Below are positions 26,063 through 38,652 of a DNA stretch of 64,000 bases, piece by piece. Source of the DNA: Octopus bimaculoides (lineage: Eukaryota). The position numbers were made by a program, and so were the translations under genes. The number at the start of each line of letters is the position of its first letter. The stretch's first letter is position 1. The notes under the pieces were generated by a model, which worked only from the letters and a program-made list of their open reading frames with translations, was not told the origin of the DNA and searched no databases. The DNA lies in NCBI RefSeq assembly GCF_001194135.2, contig NC_068985.1, positions 19,529,640-19,593,639 on the forward strand, in the 5' to 3' direction.

Positions 26063-26830
26063 TACAATGTCTCCCCACCCCTCCCGAGTGCATAGCACGA
26101 AACAAGGAAAGATTGTAGAGAGCGCGGAAACAAGATGGCCGCCGAACCCAGAAAACATGGCTAAAATTATACAATGAAAAAACAAAAATTGTTTTGTTAA
26201 AAGAATGAATGACAAGCTCAATAAATTTGCAAAGCAATGCTGTGTCGGATGCAGTAACGGAAGCAAAACTTTTGCATCCGATACGAATGTGAGTAAGAAA
26301 AAAGTTCTGTTCAACATGAAAAGTTCAGCCAGACCTAGAGATAAAGGGTCTGTGTGAAAGAAAGTTTCAACGAAGGTGTTGGCGTGAGCAAATGTGTATG
26401 CAAAAGTTGAAACAATACGTAATGTGTACACATTTTCTTTTAGCACGTTATTGTGCACAGAAATGGAAGAAAAACAATGTTTGTTTGTACAGAGAAATGA
26501 AAATGCCGGCAGCACAAAAATGTCAAATGTATATTGTTTTGGAAAGTTTCTTTGGCCAATGCACCATCCGGCCAGATCTAGTGACATAAGGGTCACTTGA
26601 GTTTTGTCGCAACGACGAAGGTGGAGTGGTTTCTGGCGTGTGTGTTTGTGATGGTATTGATGTTGGTGTATGCATTGGTAAAGATGTTGACAGTGGTGTG
26701 TGCGGTGTTTGAAAAACAGGTACGTCGTCCGAGGGTTTGTCAAGGTACGCTTTTTCAGACGGTCGACAGACACAATCTCTGTACGACCATTAGCGTCGAC
26801 CTTGAAGAAATTCAACCCAAGACTGCAGGT
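26063..26830 (-). mobile_element. 3' end of a Ty3/Gypsy LTR retrotransposon (integrase C-terminus, 3' UTR, PPT, LTR start running into the gap)
   Basis: FFKVDANGRTEIVSVDRLK/AYLD (1-nt frameshift), a Pro/Thr-rich linker, then TRSGRMVHWPKKL with stop at 26523-26525. PPT GGGAGGGGTGGGGAGACAT is followed by TGTA at the gap edge. Confidence 0.85.
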
Positions 26831-28979
26831 TGGGCGAGGCCTACAGGAAGCGGTGCTGTTTCCTAGGGCTAAATAGCAGTAGTATTATTCCTTTCATGGG
26901 ACTGTCACATTAAGTTGACAGCATACACCAACTTTATCGCATCAATACTGCATAAATCTCTGAGAAATTTAGAAATGTATTATTTCTATATATATAAAGT
27001 TTTCCAGAAATAAATCATGGAAATTTGTGGGGGTTTTTTGGGTTTTTTTTTACCCTTTCTGCACATTGCATACGAGGAAAAAACTGATGTCTAATAGCTG
27101 CAGTTATTTTCATATAAAATACAAATCTATGGCTAGACTAATCAGTAATTACTAACTCTTGAGAATTATTGACTATAAAATATTTCTTTATGTATGCATA
27201 TAATTTTTGGTCATTTCTTTATATAACAATATAAATGCATCATCATCATTGAACATCTTAAACAGCATGTAATCTCTTATTTCAATTTCGAGACATTTCA
27301 TTTATGATATGCAGTAGTACTCTGAGAATCGTCTCCCTACTTCTTCAACACAATAATGTTTATTATATGTAAAGGATGTAATTTTGTAATCTTGAAGAAA
27401 GACACTGGTCTTTAATGTAAAGTGTATTTCAATAACCTAAAAATGTAATATAAGTCAGTGACCTAGAGAGTAAGAGCATTATTTTATCTCTTTAACTTTT
27501 AGTTGTCTCAGTCCTTATACTAGAGCCATGCTGGGGCACTGCTTTGAAGAATTTTAATCAAATGAATCAACTTCAGTACTTTATTTTAAAGTCTGGTACT
27601 TATTCTGTTGGTCACTTTTGCCAAACTGCTAAGTGACAGGGATGTAAACACACCAACACCAGTTGTCAAGTGATGGTGGTGGGAGAAACAGAGAAACAAA
27701 CACACACATACATACATACATACAATGGACTTCTACTTCCCGTCTACCAAATCCACTCACAAGGCTTTGGTCAGCCCAAGGCTATAGTAGAAGACACTTG
27801 TTCGAGGTGCCATGCAGTGAGACTGAACCCAGAACTATGTGGTTGAGGAAGCAATCTTCATACCACAAACTATTCCATATGTAAACAAGTTAATTCAAAA
27901 ATTGTGATTATATTAACAAATAACTCATCTGAGAAGTTTATACCTCCAATACTGCCATTAATTAACAATGGGCACAATACAAAAGCCTGGTAGCAATGCA
28001 AACAAACAGCTACTTTAGTATCTGCAATCCTAAATATACAAGGCATCAGTTTATCTATTAATGTGCAAAAATTAATGATTAGGGTTATATTGAGAGTTAA
28101 GTTGCTGAATAGTCATATCCAATCCTTTTCTTCAGCCTAACTGTAACCCACCTCAACAATCACCACTTACACACTGAGGTTAGAGTCAAATATTTTACTA
28201 TCACTCATGTGAACTGTGCAGATCAAAGAAAGAAGTTGCTCTTTTTCATGATTTCCTTACTGCAGGTACACAGGACCTGTTTTCCAATAGCTACTGTGAA
28301 TAAATATGTATAGACAATAAGGCCAACGGCCCAACTATACTTGGACTCCAGGAGAGGTACATGAGATCACCTGAAGTAGTTCCCTTTTATTCCCAAAGGT
28401 GCCAAAACAAAAACAAAATAATAATTAAAATTTAAATACGATACAAACGAAAGAGGTGATATTTTTTCGAATACCAATACTGCAGTTAGAATAACAGAAA
28501 TAATGAGTAAATTAATAATGCATTCAAAAAAATATCACTTCTTGTTTGTATTGTACAATACACATTTTGATGTTTCTAATAAAAACAAATGTAAGTTTGT
28601 TTCTATTTATAAAATTTAAATGTTTTATTGTGTCAATGCAACTCTGGAAATGTACGAATGACTTCAACTTTCTACTTGTGGATTGTTCTATCCTGAAACA
28701 ATAAATTTACTCAAGGTGCCCAGAGTGGGACTGAAACTGAAACCACATGGCTGCAACCAAGCTTCTTAACCACACAGCTATGTCTCCACCATAAAAAGTA
28801 TTAATGAAATAAATTGTCAGCATATCCTCTTTGACATAACTTTTAGTACACAGGACACCATAATGAAAATAAATAAAATACAACTCAACAGTAGACCCCC
28901 ACCCCTATAGGCTTCCCACAAGTACTCTGAACGAGTGTTAACTTGCAACACCTCAATCTACTCTTTGCAGGAAACCACT

Positions 28980-30650
28980 AGACATAGGACATATACCTGA
29001 ACATGTTTGTGTCTCAGTCTGCCATATCAGTTTTCAAAAAAAGGAAGTATGTCACTCCTAGAGAATTATCACCTGCTCTCACTGAACTATCATCTCATTA
29101 AAGCTTTTCATAAGTTAGTAAGATTAAAAGTAATTGCCTTTCCAGAAAGTAACTGTCTCCTAAATCCCAACCAGCACGTTTTTTTTGTAATGGTAGAGAA
29201 ATCCTAATACAACTTTAGCACCACCTTAATAACATTTCAAACATTTTAGGAGAAAACAGTTGTCATGCATATATCTTGACCTCAGTAAAGCTTTTGACAA
29301 AGTCAATTACAATATTCTGCTGAAAGAAAACTACAACACTGAAGTTTATGGTAAACAGAACCTAGCATGTTATGATCAACAGAGTTTACTTAAGCCCAGC
29401 AAATGTCATAGTGGTGCTCCCCAGGGTACTGTATTAGGCCTACTTCTTTTTATTATTTACGTAAATAACTCCAAAAATGTCATCAAACAATAACATTTCT
29501 TATAATCTTTAAGCTCCAGAAAGTCAATATGCATCTGGACAGAACTCACTCTGTGATTCAATGGGGAGGGGAGGGGACATGCAGCTAAATGAAAAAATTT
29601 GAGCTCATCCTCTATGGAAAATACAATGTACTTAAACAACCATACTCTTTTTCCTTGGGAGAGTTTCTCATAGCATTAATTAATANNNNNNNNNNNNNNN
29701 NNNNNNNNNNNNNNNNNNNNNNNNNNNNNNNNNNNNNNNNNNNNNNNNNNNNNNNNNNNNNNNNNNNNNNNNNNNNNNNNNNNNNNNNNNNNNNNNNNNN
29801 NNNNNNNNNNNNNNNNNNNNNNNNNNNNNNNNNNNNNNNNNNNNNNNNNNNNNNNNNNNNNNNNNNNNNNNNNNNNNNNNNNNNNNNNNNNNNNNNNNNN
29901 NNNNNNNNNNNNNNNNNNNNNNNNNNNNNNNNNNNNNNNNNNNNNNNNNNNNNNNNNNNNNNNNNNNNNNNNNNNNNNNNNNNNNNNNNNNNNNNNNNNN
30001 NNNNNNNNNNNNNNNNNNNNNNNNNNNNNNNNNNNNNNNNNNNNNNNNNNNNNNNNNNNNNNNNNNNNNNNNNNNNNNNNNNNNNNNNNNNNNNNNNNNN
30101 NNNNNNNNNNNNNNNNNNNNNNNNNNNNNNNNNNNNNNNNNNNNNNNNNNNNNNNNNNNNNNNNNNNNNNNNNNNNNNNNNNNNNNNNNNNNNNNNNNNN
30201 NNNNNNNNNNNNNNNNNNNNNTTATCATCATCATTATTCAATGTCTGTTTTCCATGCTGGCATGGGTTGGACAGTTTGACCAGAGCTGTCAAGCAATAGA
30301 GCTGTACCAAATTCCAGTCTGATTTGGCTTGATTTCTAATGTCTGACACCCTCACTCATGCCAACCACATTACAGAGTGCACTGGATGATTTTTACATAG
30401 CACTGGCATCAGTCATGCTTTATTCAACATTAAATTAAATAAGAAAAATATCCCTGCAACACTTAAACAATACCTGGGCAAATTTTACCAAGAAATATTA
30501 GACAAACCACTGACACCTGAATATACTTCAGCTAATAGCAACTCCCTACTTGAGTGGGCTATGAATGTTCCAAAACAAAGAATCCTGTAGCTGATATTAT
30601 TAAGTTAGACATGGCCTGGTCTAATAATGGCCAAAACCTAACCATGCTAT
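28980..30650 (+). mobile_element. Decayed CR1-group LINE RT and 3' end, split by a gap and a short repeat
   Basis: NYHLLSLNYHLIKAF..LLNPNQHVF, IYLDLSKAFDKVNYNILL, SGAPQGTVLGLLLFIIYVN and KFELILYGK. After the gap, DKPLTPEYTSANSNSLLEW. Confidence 0.8.
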
Positions 30651-31529
30651 AAATTTCTTTATACTCACAAGATAAATTACAGAAAGGAATTTAATTTCTC
30701 CACATATTTTTTACAAAAAAAACAGAAGATAACTGTCTTTAAATTTCCAATCTTCAAAACTGCCTGAAATCAATAAAAATCCAAGTAGCTCAAGAAATAA
30801 AGATAATAATTAATGAATCTACTTTATCAAGAATTCTTGCTCAAATGGTTTTAACAATGATAAGAAAAAAATAAATAAATAAAAGATGTCTTAGAAATAC
30901 CAGTTCATATAAAGCAAGGTTATAAGAATGCCTTTGAATGTTGATGCTCAGAGCCAATCTTGACCTAGCTATACACTGACTGTTCATTTTATCTCATTTT
31001 CTGGTAATCAATAATTCAGAAACAAAACAAAACAAAAAAAATAGGATAAATCTAAGAATCTATTTTTGCTTTTTCAAAACTAGTGAAGCATATGTAAATG
31101 ACACCAATCTATGGTTTGGTATCAGATATATATATTATGCACGTATATATGTGCATCATCATCATCATTATCATCACCATTGTTTAACATCAGCTTTCCA
31201 TGCTAGCATGGGTTGGATGATTTGACTGAGGACTGGCAAACCAAATGGCTGCACCAGGCTCCAATCTGATCTGGCAGAGTTTCTACAGCTGGATGCCCAC
31301 CATTCCGAGAGTGTAGTGGGTGCTTTTATGTGCCACCGGCACAAGGGCCAGTCAGGCGGTACTGGCAACGGCCATGCTCAAATGGTGTTTTTTACGTGCC
31401 ACCTGCACAGGAACCAGTCCAGTGGCACTGGTAACAACCTCGCTCGAATGTTTTTTCACGTGCCACCGGCACAAGTGCCAGTAAAGTGACGCTGGTAACG
31501 ATCATGCTCAAATGGTGCTATTTATGCGG

Positions 31530-32330
31530 TCCCAAAATAGTTCCCTGTGGAACACTGCTCACTGTTTTTGTTTCTGTGAGACCTTCGTATTGTTTGCATA
31601 GCTAGCAAGGGTGACTGTCCAGGTAGTTGAGGGCATATCTGAGAGGGCCACTATGAAAAGCAGTGGTCCCAAGACAGTGCCCTGTGGAACACCACTCACT
31701 ATTTGTGTTTTCATCGAGGTGGCTCCACTGTCCACTACTGCCTGACTTCTATCTTTCAGAAAGTTATGTAATCACTCTCCAAGTTTTCCAGCTATACCGG
31801 GATCACACAGTTTGTTTGAGCCACTTAATCAAAAGCTTTTGCACATTTGAGTTGTTAAGTAACTGCCTTAAAACTCCTACCTGGTCGAAAGCCATGCTGG
31901 GTATCACTAAGCAAGCTGTTTTCTTCAAGGTATGCGATTAGTTTCCCTCTGACTATCCATTTCATGACTTTGTTGATGTGTGAAGTCAAAGAGATAGGCC
32001 TATAGCCTTTGGTATCTGCTCTGCATATTATTCCCTCCTTCAGTTTGCTTGGCAGCCTGCCATTTGTAAGAAAGCTCTGGAAGAGAATCTGTAGAGGGCA
32101 TGCTTACACGATTTGAGGAAGATTGCTAGGAAACCATCGTAACTGCCTTACTGGTTATAGGTGAGGCAGCAAAGAAATTCACTGGTTCATTCACTTGTCT
32201 GTGTTCCAACGGGGTGGTAAAGGCACTTTTGAACTGGCCATTCAGTACCTCACTGATCCAAGTTGGACTATCTGTGAGGGAGCCATCCTTTTGTCTTAAA
32301 AAGGAAAGTAAAAAGCTCACATAACAATAT
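31530..32330 (-). mobile_element. Decayed CR1-group LINE RT fragment
   Basis: Minus strand RADTKGYRPISLTSHINKVMKWIVRGKLIAYLEEN and SGVPQGTVLGP. Confidence 0.85.
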
Positions 32331-32349
32331 TACAAAACAGATTAAGGCA

Positions 32350-32670
32350 GTGAAATGGTAGAATCATTAGCACACTGGGCAAAATGCTTAGTGGTATTTT
32401 GCCCAGCTTTATGCTCTGAGTTNNNNNNNNNNNNNNNNNNNNNNNNNNNNNNNNNNNNNNNNNNNNNNNNNNNNNNNNNNNNNNNNNNNNNNNNNNNNNN
32501 NNNNNNNNNNNNNNNNNNNNNNNNNNNNNNNNNNNNNNNNNNNNNNNNNNNNNNNNNNNNNNNNNNNNNNNNNNNNNNGCACACTGGGCAAAATGCTTAG
32601 TGGTATTTTGCCCAGCTTTATGCTCTGAGTTCAAATTCTGCCAAAGTCAACTTTTCCTTTTATCCTTTCT
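32350..32670 (+). mobile_element. Third SINE family. Also at about 33340(-), 40935-41140(+) and 56515-56700(-)
   Basis: TGGTAG(A/G)ATCATTAGCA..C.GGGCAAAATGCTTAG.GGTATTT...GAGTTCAAATTC..CC.AGGTC.ACTTTGCC. Confidence 0.75.
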
Positions 32671-33423
32671 GGTGCAGCCATCTGGTTCGCCAGTCCGCAG
32701 TTAAATCAGCCAACCATGCTAGCATGGAAAGCGGACGTTAAACAATGATGATGATGATGATGTATTTACTGTGGTTTAAGGAGTTATGTCTTTTTTTAAG
32801 AAATCTCCCTGATAGATGACAATACAGGGCTAACAGGAGAGTAGATAAGCATAGTGGGAAAGATAGGCAGAAGAAAAAGTGGAACTAGGGTGAAGGAGAG
32901 GATAGAAAAGTAGATACTAAAAAAAGAAAAAAACTTTTAATTAAAAAACAAGTAATTTTAGATAAGTTAATTTTGTGACGAAAGAAGCTTGAAGGAAACT
33001 TTGGATTAACAGATTGGCTGCTTGGTTAAACATGAATTGATATTTCCCAGTGGAAAGAATTAAAAATTTCTGAGAGCAGATGGTTAATTAGAAGCAGACT
33101 AATACTTGTGCGATATGGATCTGCCTATATTTGAGATATCACTAGCAGATTGTAGCTATTGTGACATCACAAATCAAGCTTTTCACTTCTTCCCTTTCTT
33201 CTCAGTGTGATGGTTTCCCTGGAATAACCAAATGGATATATTTATCTAGTTGATTAGTTGAGTGTATGTAAATTACTTGATATTGACAGAATACTTGTGG
33301 TGCCATCTGGCTCATACGAAACATCAGGAGTCATTTTTATAATATTGGTTTCAAATTTTCACACAAGGCCAGCAGTTTTGGAGGAAGGGTTGAGCTAATT
33401 ACATTGACCCAAGTGCTCAACTA

Positions 33424-33930
33424 GTTCGTACACATGCGTCATACAGTCTGCCTTTTACTCTGAGCGAGAGGCCCTTTGTCACCAGCAGAGGTAAGAGCTC
33501 TCTGAACTTTGCCCAGACTATTCTTATTCTAGCAGCTACACTTTCAGCGCACCTTCCCTGCTACTGACTTGGTCACCTAGGTAACGGAAGCTATCAACTA
33601 CTTCTAGTTTTTCTCCCTGGAATGTGGCAGAAGTTGTTCTCTGCACATTTTCAATGTTTATTGCTCCTGAGCATCTGCCACATACAAGAACTATCTTGCT
33701 AGTTAGCCTTCCTTTGATATTGCTGCACCTCTTATGTGTCCATAGCTTACACTAGGTACATCTTATAGAGTTTCTACCGACGCCTTTTCTACAGATCGAG
33801 CAGGGCCATCTACCTGAAGGGGTTTGTGGTTTGTCTACCTCGCTACTTATTAGGACTTTGGTTTTAGCAAGGTTGACTCTAAGGCCCTTCAGTTCTAATC
33901 CTAGACCCTTCGAAGCCCCTTCTTGAAAAA
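33424..33930 (-). mobile_element. Well-preserved RTE LINE fragment (post-RT, Cys-rich region)
   Basis: KGLRVNLAKTKVLIS..GRWPCSICRKGVGRNSIRCT*CKLWTHKRCS...LEVVDSFRYLGD...RIAWAKFRELLPLL-like...GLSLRVKGRLYDACVR. Confidence 0.9.
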
Positions 33931-36900
33931 CTGGGTGACCTAAACAGCAAATGACCATCACATAACTGAAGTGTGTCAAGTCCAATAAGTCTTATTGATC
34001 CCACTTACAGCATCTCAAAGATCATAAACCAATATATCAGTCTTTAGTAGTACACCTTTTAAGAATCAGTTCCTGACTGAATCATAAACAGCACACGACT
34101 CTAAACCTTAAATTATCCACAAATCCAGAATTTACAATCCCCTACGATGGACCCACATATACAACACCACCAAAACCTTGTAACAAAGACTAGAATGTCT
34201 TTCTATGACAAAAAATATCTGAGCCCAAATCAATTGTCGACTTCCCACAAAGCTTGAGTATGACCCACAATAGAGTAAAAGAAAAGTGAAAGTAAAGACC
34301 CCCTTCGGTCATGAATGACCATGGGATTGCACCTAGAAAGTTCCTCTCTGATGCACAAGTCTGGGCAAGGTTGTTTATAGTAGACCAGCAGTCACCCATG
34401 CATACCAGCTTCCCCCTCTTTATGCCACTGATGTTATCCAAGGAAAAGGCAAAAGCTGATACAGCTTGGAACCAGTGACATTACAACTCATTTCTATAGG
34501 TGAGAGAACAGGAGCAACGTGAAATAAAGTGTTTTGCTTAAGAGCATAACATACAACCAATCCAGGAATCGAACTCACTACCTCATGATTGTGAGCCTGA
34601 TGCTCTAACCACTGAGCCATGTGCCTTCACTAGAGTAATGCTTATGTGTTTAGAACTATTCTGAACTAGCTAACTATGCACCCTCTCTATCCAGCTCCTA
34701 TCTTTCCTTCCAAAACCCTGTACTAAACGCTTTACCGTGTTCTTCTTCCCCAGAACTGCATTCTTCTGGAATTCTCTTCTTGACTGTCCTTTCCCAATGA
34801 CCTACAGATATTCATGGTATGAGACAATTGAGCACAGTTGACTGGACATTCTCCTTGTTTTGTTAACAGTACTTTTTAGCACTGGAGGCAAACACACTCA
34901 CATACACACATGAGCAAAAATATACACATACACATCAAAAGAGTGTGTAAGAGAGAGAGAGAGAGAAGCATTAAAATTTATTAATTGAACACAATTGACA
35001 CAAGCACTATCCCTCTCCTCATACAGATAAAGAAAAATATTTTCACACACATAAACAGTGAGAAAGAGGAGAGAACAAGAGAAATATTGAAATGAAGGAA
35101 GTATTAAAATGTTTGCTGTCAAATAAGTCAGCACTGAATCAGTGCCACAAAATAGCACCAAAACAGCCAAGACATCTCATACCCAGATATTCAAATAAAA
35201 CACCAACTGTGTTAATGTCATCTGTCTCAGAGGACCAGAAAATGTCATGGATATTTCCCCTTCTCTCCAGACTAAAGGTGGAGTGGTAAGAGTGATGAAT
35301 GTGAGTCTTATCTTTATTTGTATCAACAAAAATATAATAATTTAACAGATAGTGTCAGTTATATGCATCAACATACTAGAATTATCCTGTTCCCATGCAC
35401 AGAAAAATCCACACACTGATCTGTCAGACTATTTTCTAGTTTTCTTCCTCAACAAGACTATGATAAATACTTATTTAATTTCATCAGGTTGTCAAGTTTA
35501 ACAAGCCAATAAAATATAAAATAATGTGAAGGATACTCATAACAACTGTTCATTAACACCCAAGTTGCAGTCGTAAAAAATTCCAGAATTTAAGACTTAT
35601 TTTATCTAACAGTAATAGATTGGACAGCAATAGAATGGCTTTTAATATTGAGTAGAGGAAAAATTGTTGAGTATAAATATTGAATAAAAATGGAGGATAA
35701 ATATAGGTGCAGGCATGGCTGTGTAGTTAAGAAGTTATTCTTGAAGCCACATCATTTCAGGTTCAGTCCCACAGTGTGACACCTTGGGCAAGTGTCTGCT
35801 ACTAGAGCCCCAAATTGTACAATGCTTTGGGACTGAATTTGAAAGATGGAAACTGTGTAGAAGCCTATTCTGTGTGTGTGCGTGTTTGAGTTTGTCTCTC
35901 CCTCCACTCCTACCCCTACTTGACAATTAACGTTGGTTTATTTAGGTTTCCATAACATAGCAGTTCAACAGAAGAGATTGATAAAAATAAATATCAGACT
36001 TTAACAGAGACTAGCTGGAATTGATTTGTTTAACTAATCTCCTCAAAGCAGTGTCATGTCATGGCTACAGTCCAGTGACTGAAACAAGTAAAAGATGAAA
36101 TATATAAGAAATAAAATTGTAATTAAAATGAGAGAGAGAAGTTCATTTTGAAAAAACTTAACTTTTAGTAATTTTATCCAATTATTGGATTTCAGATTTC
36201 TTTGTGAGTCATTTCTCTCAGCAGAGCTCTTTCAAACAAGTGAAGTCTTTCTTGGCCTTATGGCTCCTTTCCAGCTCTACATCAATGACCTACTCTACTT
36301 CTATATTCCTTTACTGATGACACAACCCTACACACAGCATCATTATCATTTTATGGCCCCCCCCCCCACCTTTTCATGCTGGCATGGTTTAGAAGACATT
36401 TTTGAGGCAGTATTTAACAGCTGGATGCTCTTCCTATCACCAATCTTTTACTTACCATTTAAAACATGTCAGAACATAATGTAGGAACATCATATAATGT
36501 CCACTTTTCCATGTGTGCATAAGTCAGATGGAATTTGTTGGAACAGATTTTCTACAACCAGATGATATTCCTGTTGCCAACCCTCACCTGTTTCCAGGCA
36601 AAGTAATATTTTCCCAGAGCTAGACATGTTTTTCACAGAAGACCAGAAACAAGCGACTTTGCTTGTATGATGATGATGATGATGATGATGATGCTCATTT
36701 ACAACCATTACAGGATATCTAGACAAGAGTATACACAAGCACATGCATGCACACACACATGCACACAAACACACGTGTATGTGTGTGTGTGTGTACAACA
36801 GACTTCTTTCAGTTTCCATTTACCAAATCTACTCACAAGTCATTGGCTGGTCTGGGGCTACAGTAGAAGACATTTGCCCAAGATGATGTGCAGTAGAACT

Positions 36901-38012
36901 GAACCCTAGACCACTAGCACAGATATTATATATGCTATCCCAAGCATTTCCCACTGAATCTACACAGCCTACATTAATAAGAATCCCCCAAATATTCCAC
37001 CATACATAAATACAACAACTTAATTATTTCTGACAGTATCTTAAGACCAACATGTAATCAAAAGTGCAGCATAATGTCTGGGTTTTCTCTTTAGAATTAA
37101 ATCTCACAGACAAAAGTTATTAACACTACAAAGAAAATCAATAATCCCTCACTAATACAATGTTCAAATATCTAAGAAGGTGCATCAACTTCAGTATTCA
37201 TGTGCATAGAAGACCTTATTCAAAACATACCATCAACTTGTTTGACATGTCAGAATTCCTTAACATTCTTCAATCATAGAACCATTTTCTATGATTATTC
37301 TTTCACATTTATAATAACCTCTGCTCCTTCATGCTATTATCTAAACTGACTTCATGCATTTGGAAAACATCATCAACACACCTAATCTATATAAACTTTT
37401 GACGCGTTCAAAATAATTGTCAAATTACTCCATATCATATCAGAGAAGGAAAAAAAAACACATCAGATTATGAAGTCCTAAATACACTACACCTGAAAAG
37501 AAAACAAGATGGAATGGTCACAACAGGAATGTCTTTGATCAGAGTCCTACCTGATCAGGACTAACCTAGGCTAAACTAAAACAACTTCAGTAGTCTAATT
37601 TTTCCCTAAATTTCACATATCAAAATGCTTTTTCAATACAAATTAAACTGTTCTAACCTCTTTCACCCATACACACCGACTCCAAACCTCTAGTTTCGAA
37701 AAAAACCTAGAAAGTTTATAACACTGCACTTATATATCAGAACGAACATATCAAAGGTTCCCAGACTTCAAACTATTATTATTATTATTTATTTATTTAG
37801 TTTTGCCTTATGATCAATTAACTTACAATGTTTCTAGTTAGCTATCATACTTCAATCTTGCCACCTATTAAACCCTTTAGCATTTAAACAGGTCATATCC
37901 AGTCAAAATATTCTACCAGCTTTATGTTCAAACTTGCCAGATCTGAACTCTTACACCGACACTACAATATCATTCTAAAAATTAACAGTTATAAATGGTA
38001 CAAGAAGGTATA

Positions 38013-38040
38013 CAGTGGGGGGAAATAAATATTCATACAT
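38013..38040 (+). mobile_element. Isolated Tc1-like terminal sequence
   Basis: TA followed by CAGTGGGGGGAAATAAATATT. The partner end was not found. Confidence 0.4.
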
Positions 38041-38189
38041 GTCAAAATTCTTTATTTATTTAATTTCTAATGAACATAAATGGGATATACCAATACTATA
38101 TTTGCATACACATGCATAAACTAAGAATATGCCAAAGAAACTAATAAATTATAGTAACTAATGAATTTATATACAATTATAAATATTTA

Positions 38190-38652
38190 GGGGTGAAAAA
38201 ATATTTTCAAATTCTTTTACTAGGTTTTCAACAATTCTTGAACCTTGATTTGTCTCCCTCCCTTTTACTGGGTCGTTTCCAGTGTAGATTTGCATTTTCC
38301 AAGCATAAGATGTTTCAATGTCGCATATTGCCCAAATTTTAATTCCATATTTCCCTGGTTTTGAAGGAATATATACCCAGAATGGGCAGCACCCTCTGAA
38401 TGAAACTAATTGTTCAACTGTCACACATGAATTCGGAACATGTTCGTCTTGCAAATTCTGATTCCACATTTCAAATACTTCTCTTATGGGCTCCAATTTA
38501 TCATCACTTCTCTTTTTTCTTCTGACACTAGCATCATCAAAAAATGCAATACTTGTAAAATCTGTTGAAATCTTCTCCGGCTCATAATTTTGTTGAATAT
38601 TAGGCGGTCATCTTCTTGACTCCATAACTGTGTGACATTTTCATGTTTAGAT
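38190..38652 (-). mobile_element. piggyBac transposase pseudogene fragment (PGBD4-like DDD core)
   Basis: LW...RLIFNKIMSRRRFQQILQVLHF and EQLVSFRGCCPFWVYIPSKPGKYGIKIWAICDIETSYAWKMQIYTG. Frameshifted, and truncated by a gap. Confidence 0.9.

Noticed and set aside
26205-26460. THAP-like spacing (CCVGCSN...W...CTHF) on the plus strand
   Set aside because: It needs a frameshift, has CxHF rather than CxxHF, and lies antisense in the Gypsy 3' UTR.
25625-26815. 396-aa minus-strand ORF
   Set aside because: It runs into a gap. Only its N-terminal 20 residues are real Gypsy integrase and the rest is out of frame.
32379-32630. Apparent tandem duplication across the gap
   Set aside because: Identical SINE sequence on both gap edges is most simply an unmerged contig overlap.
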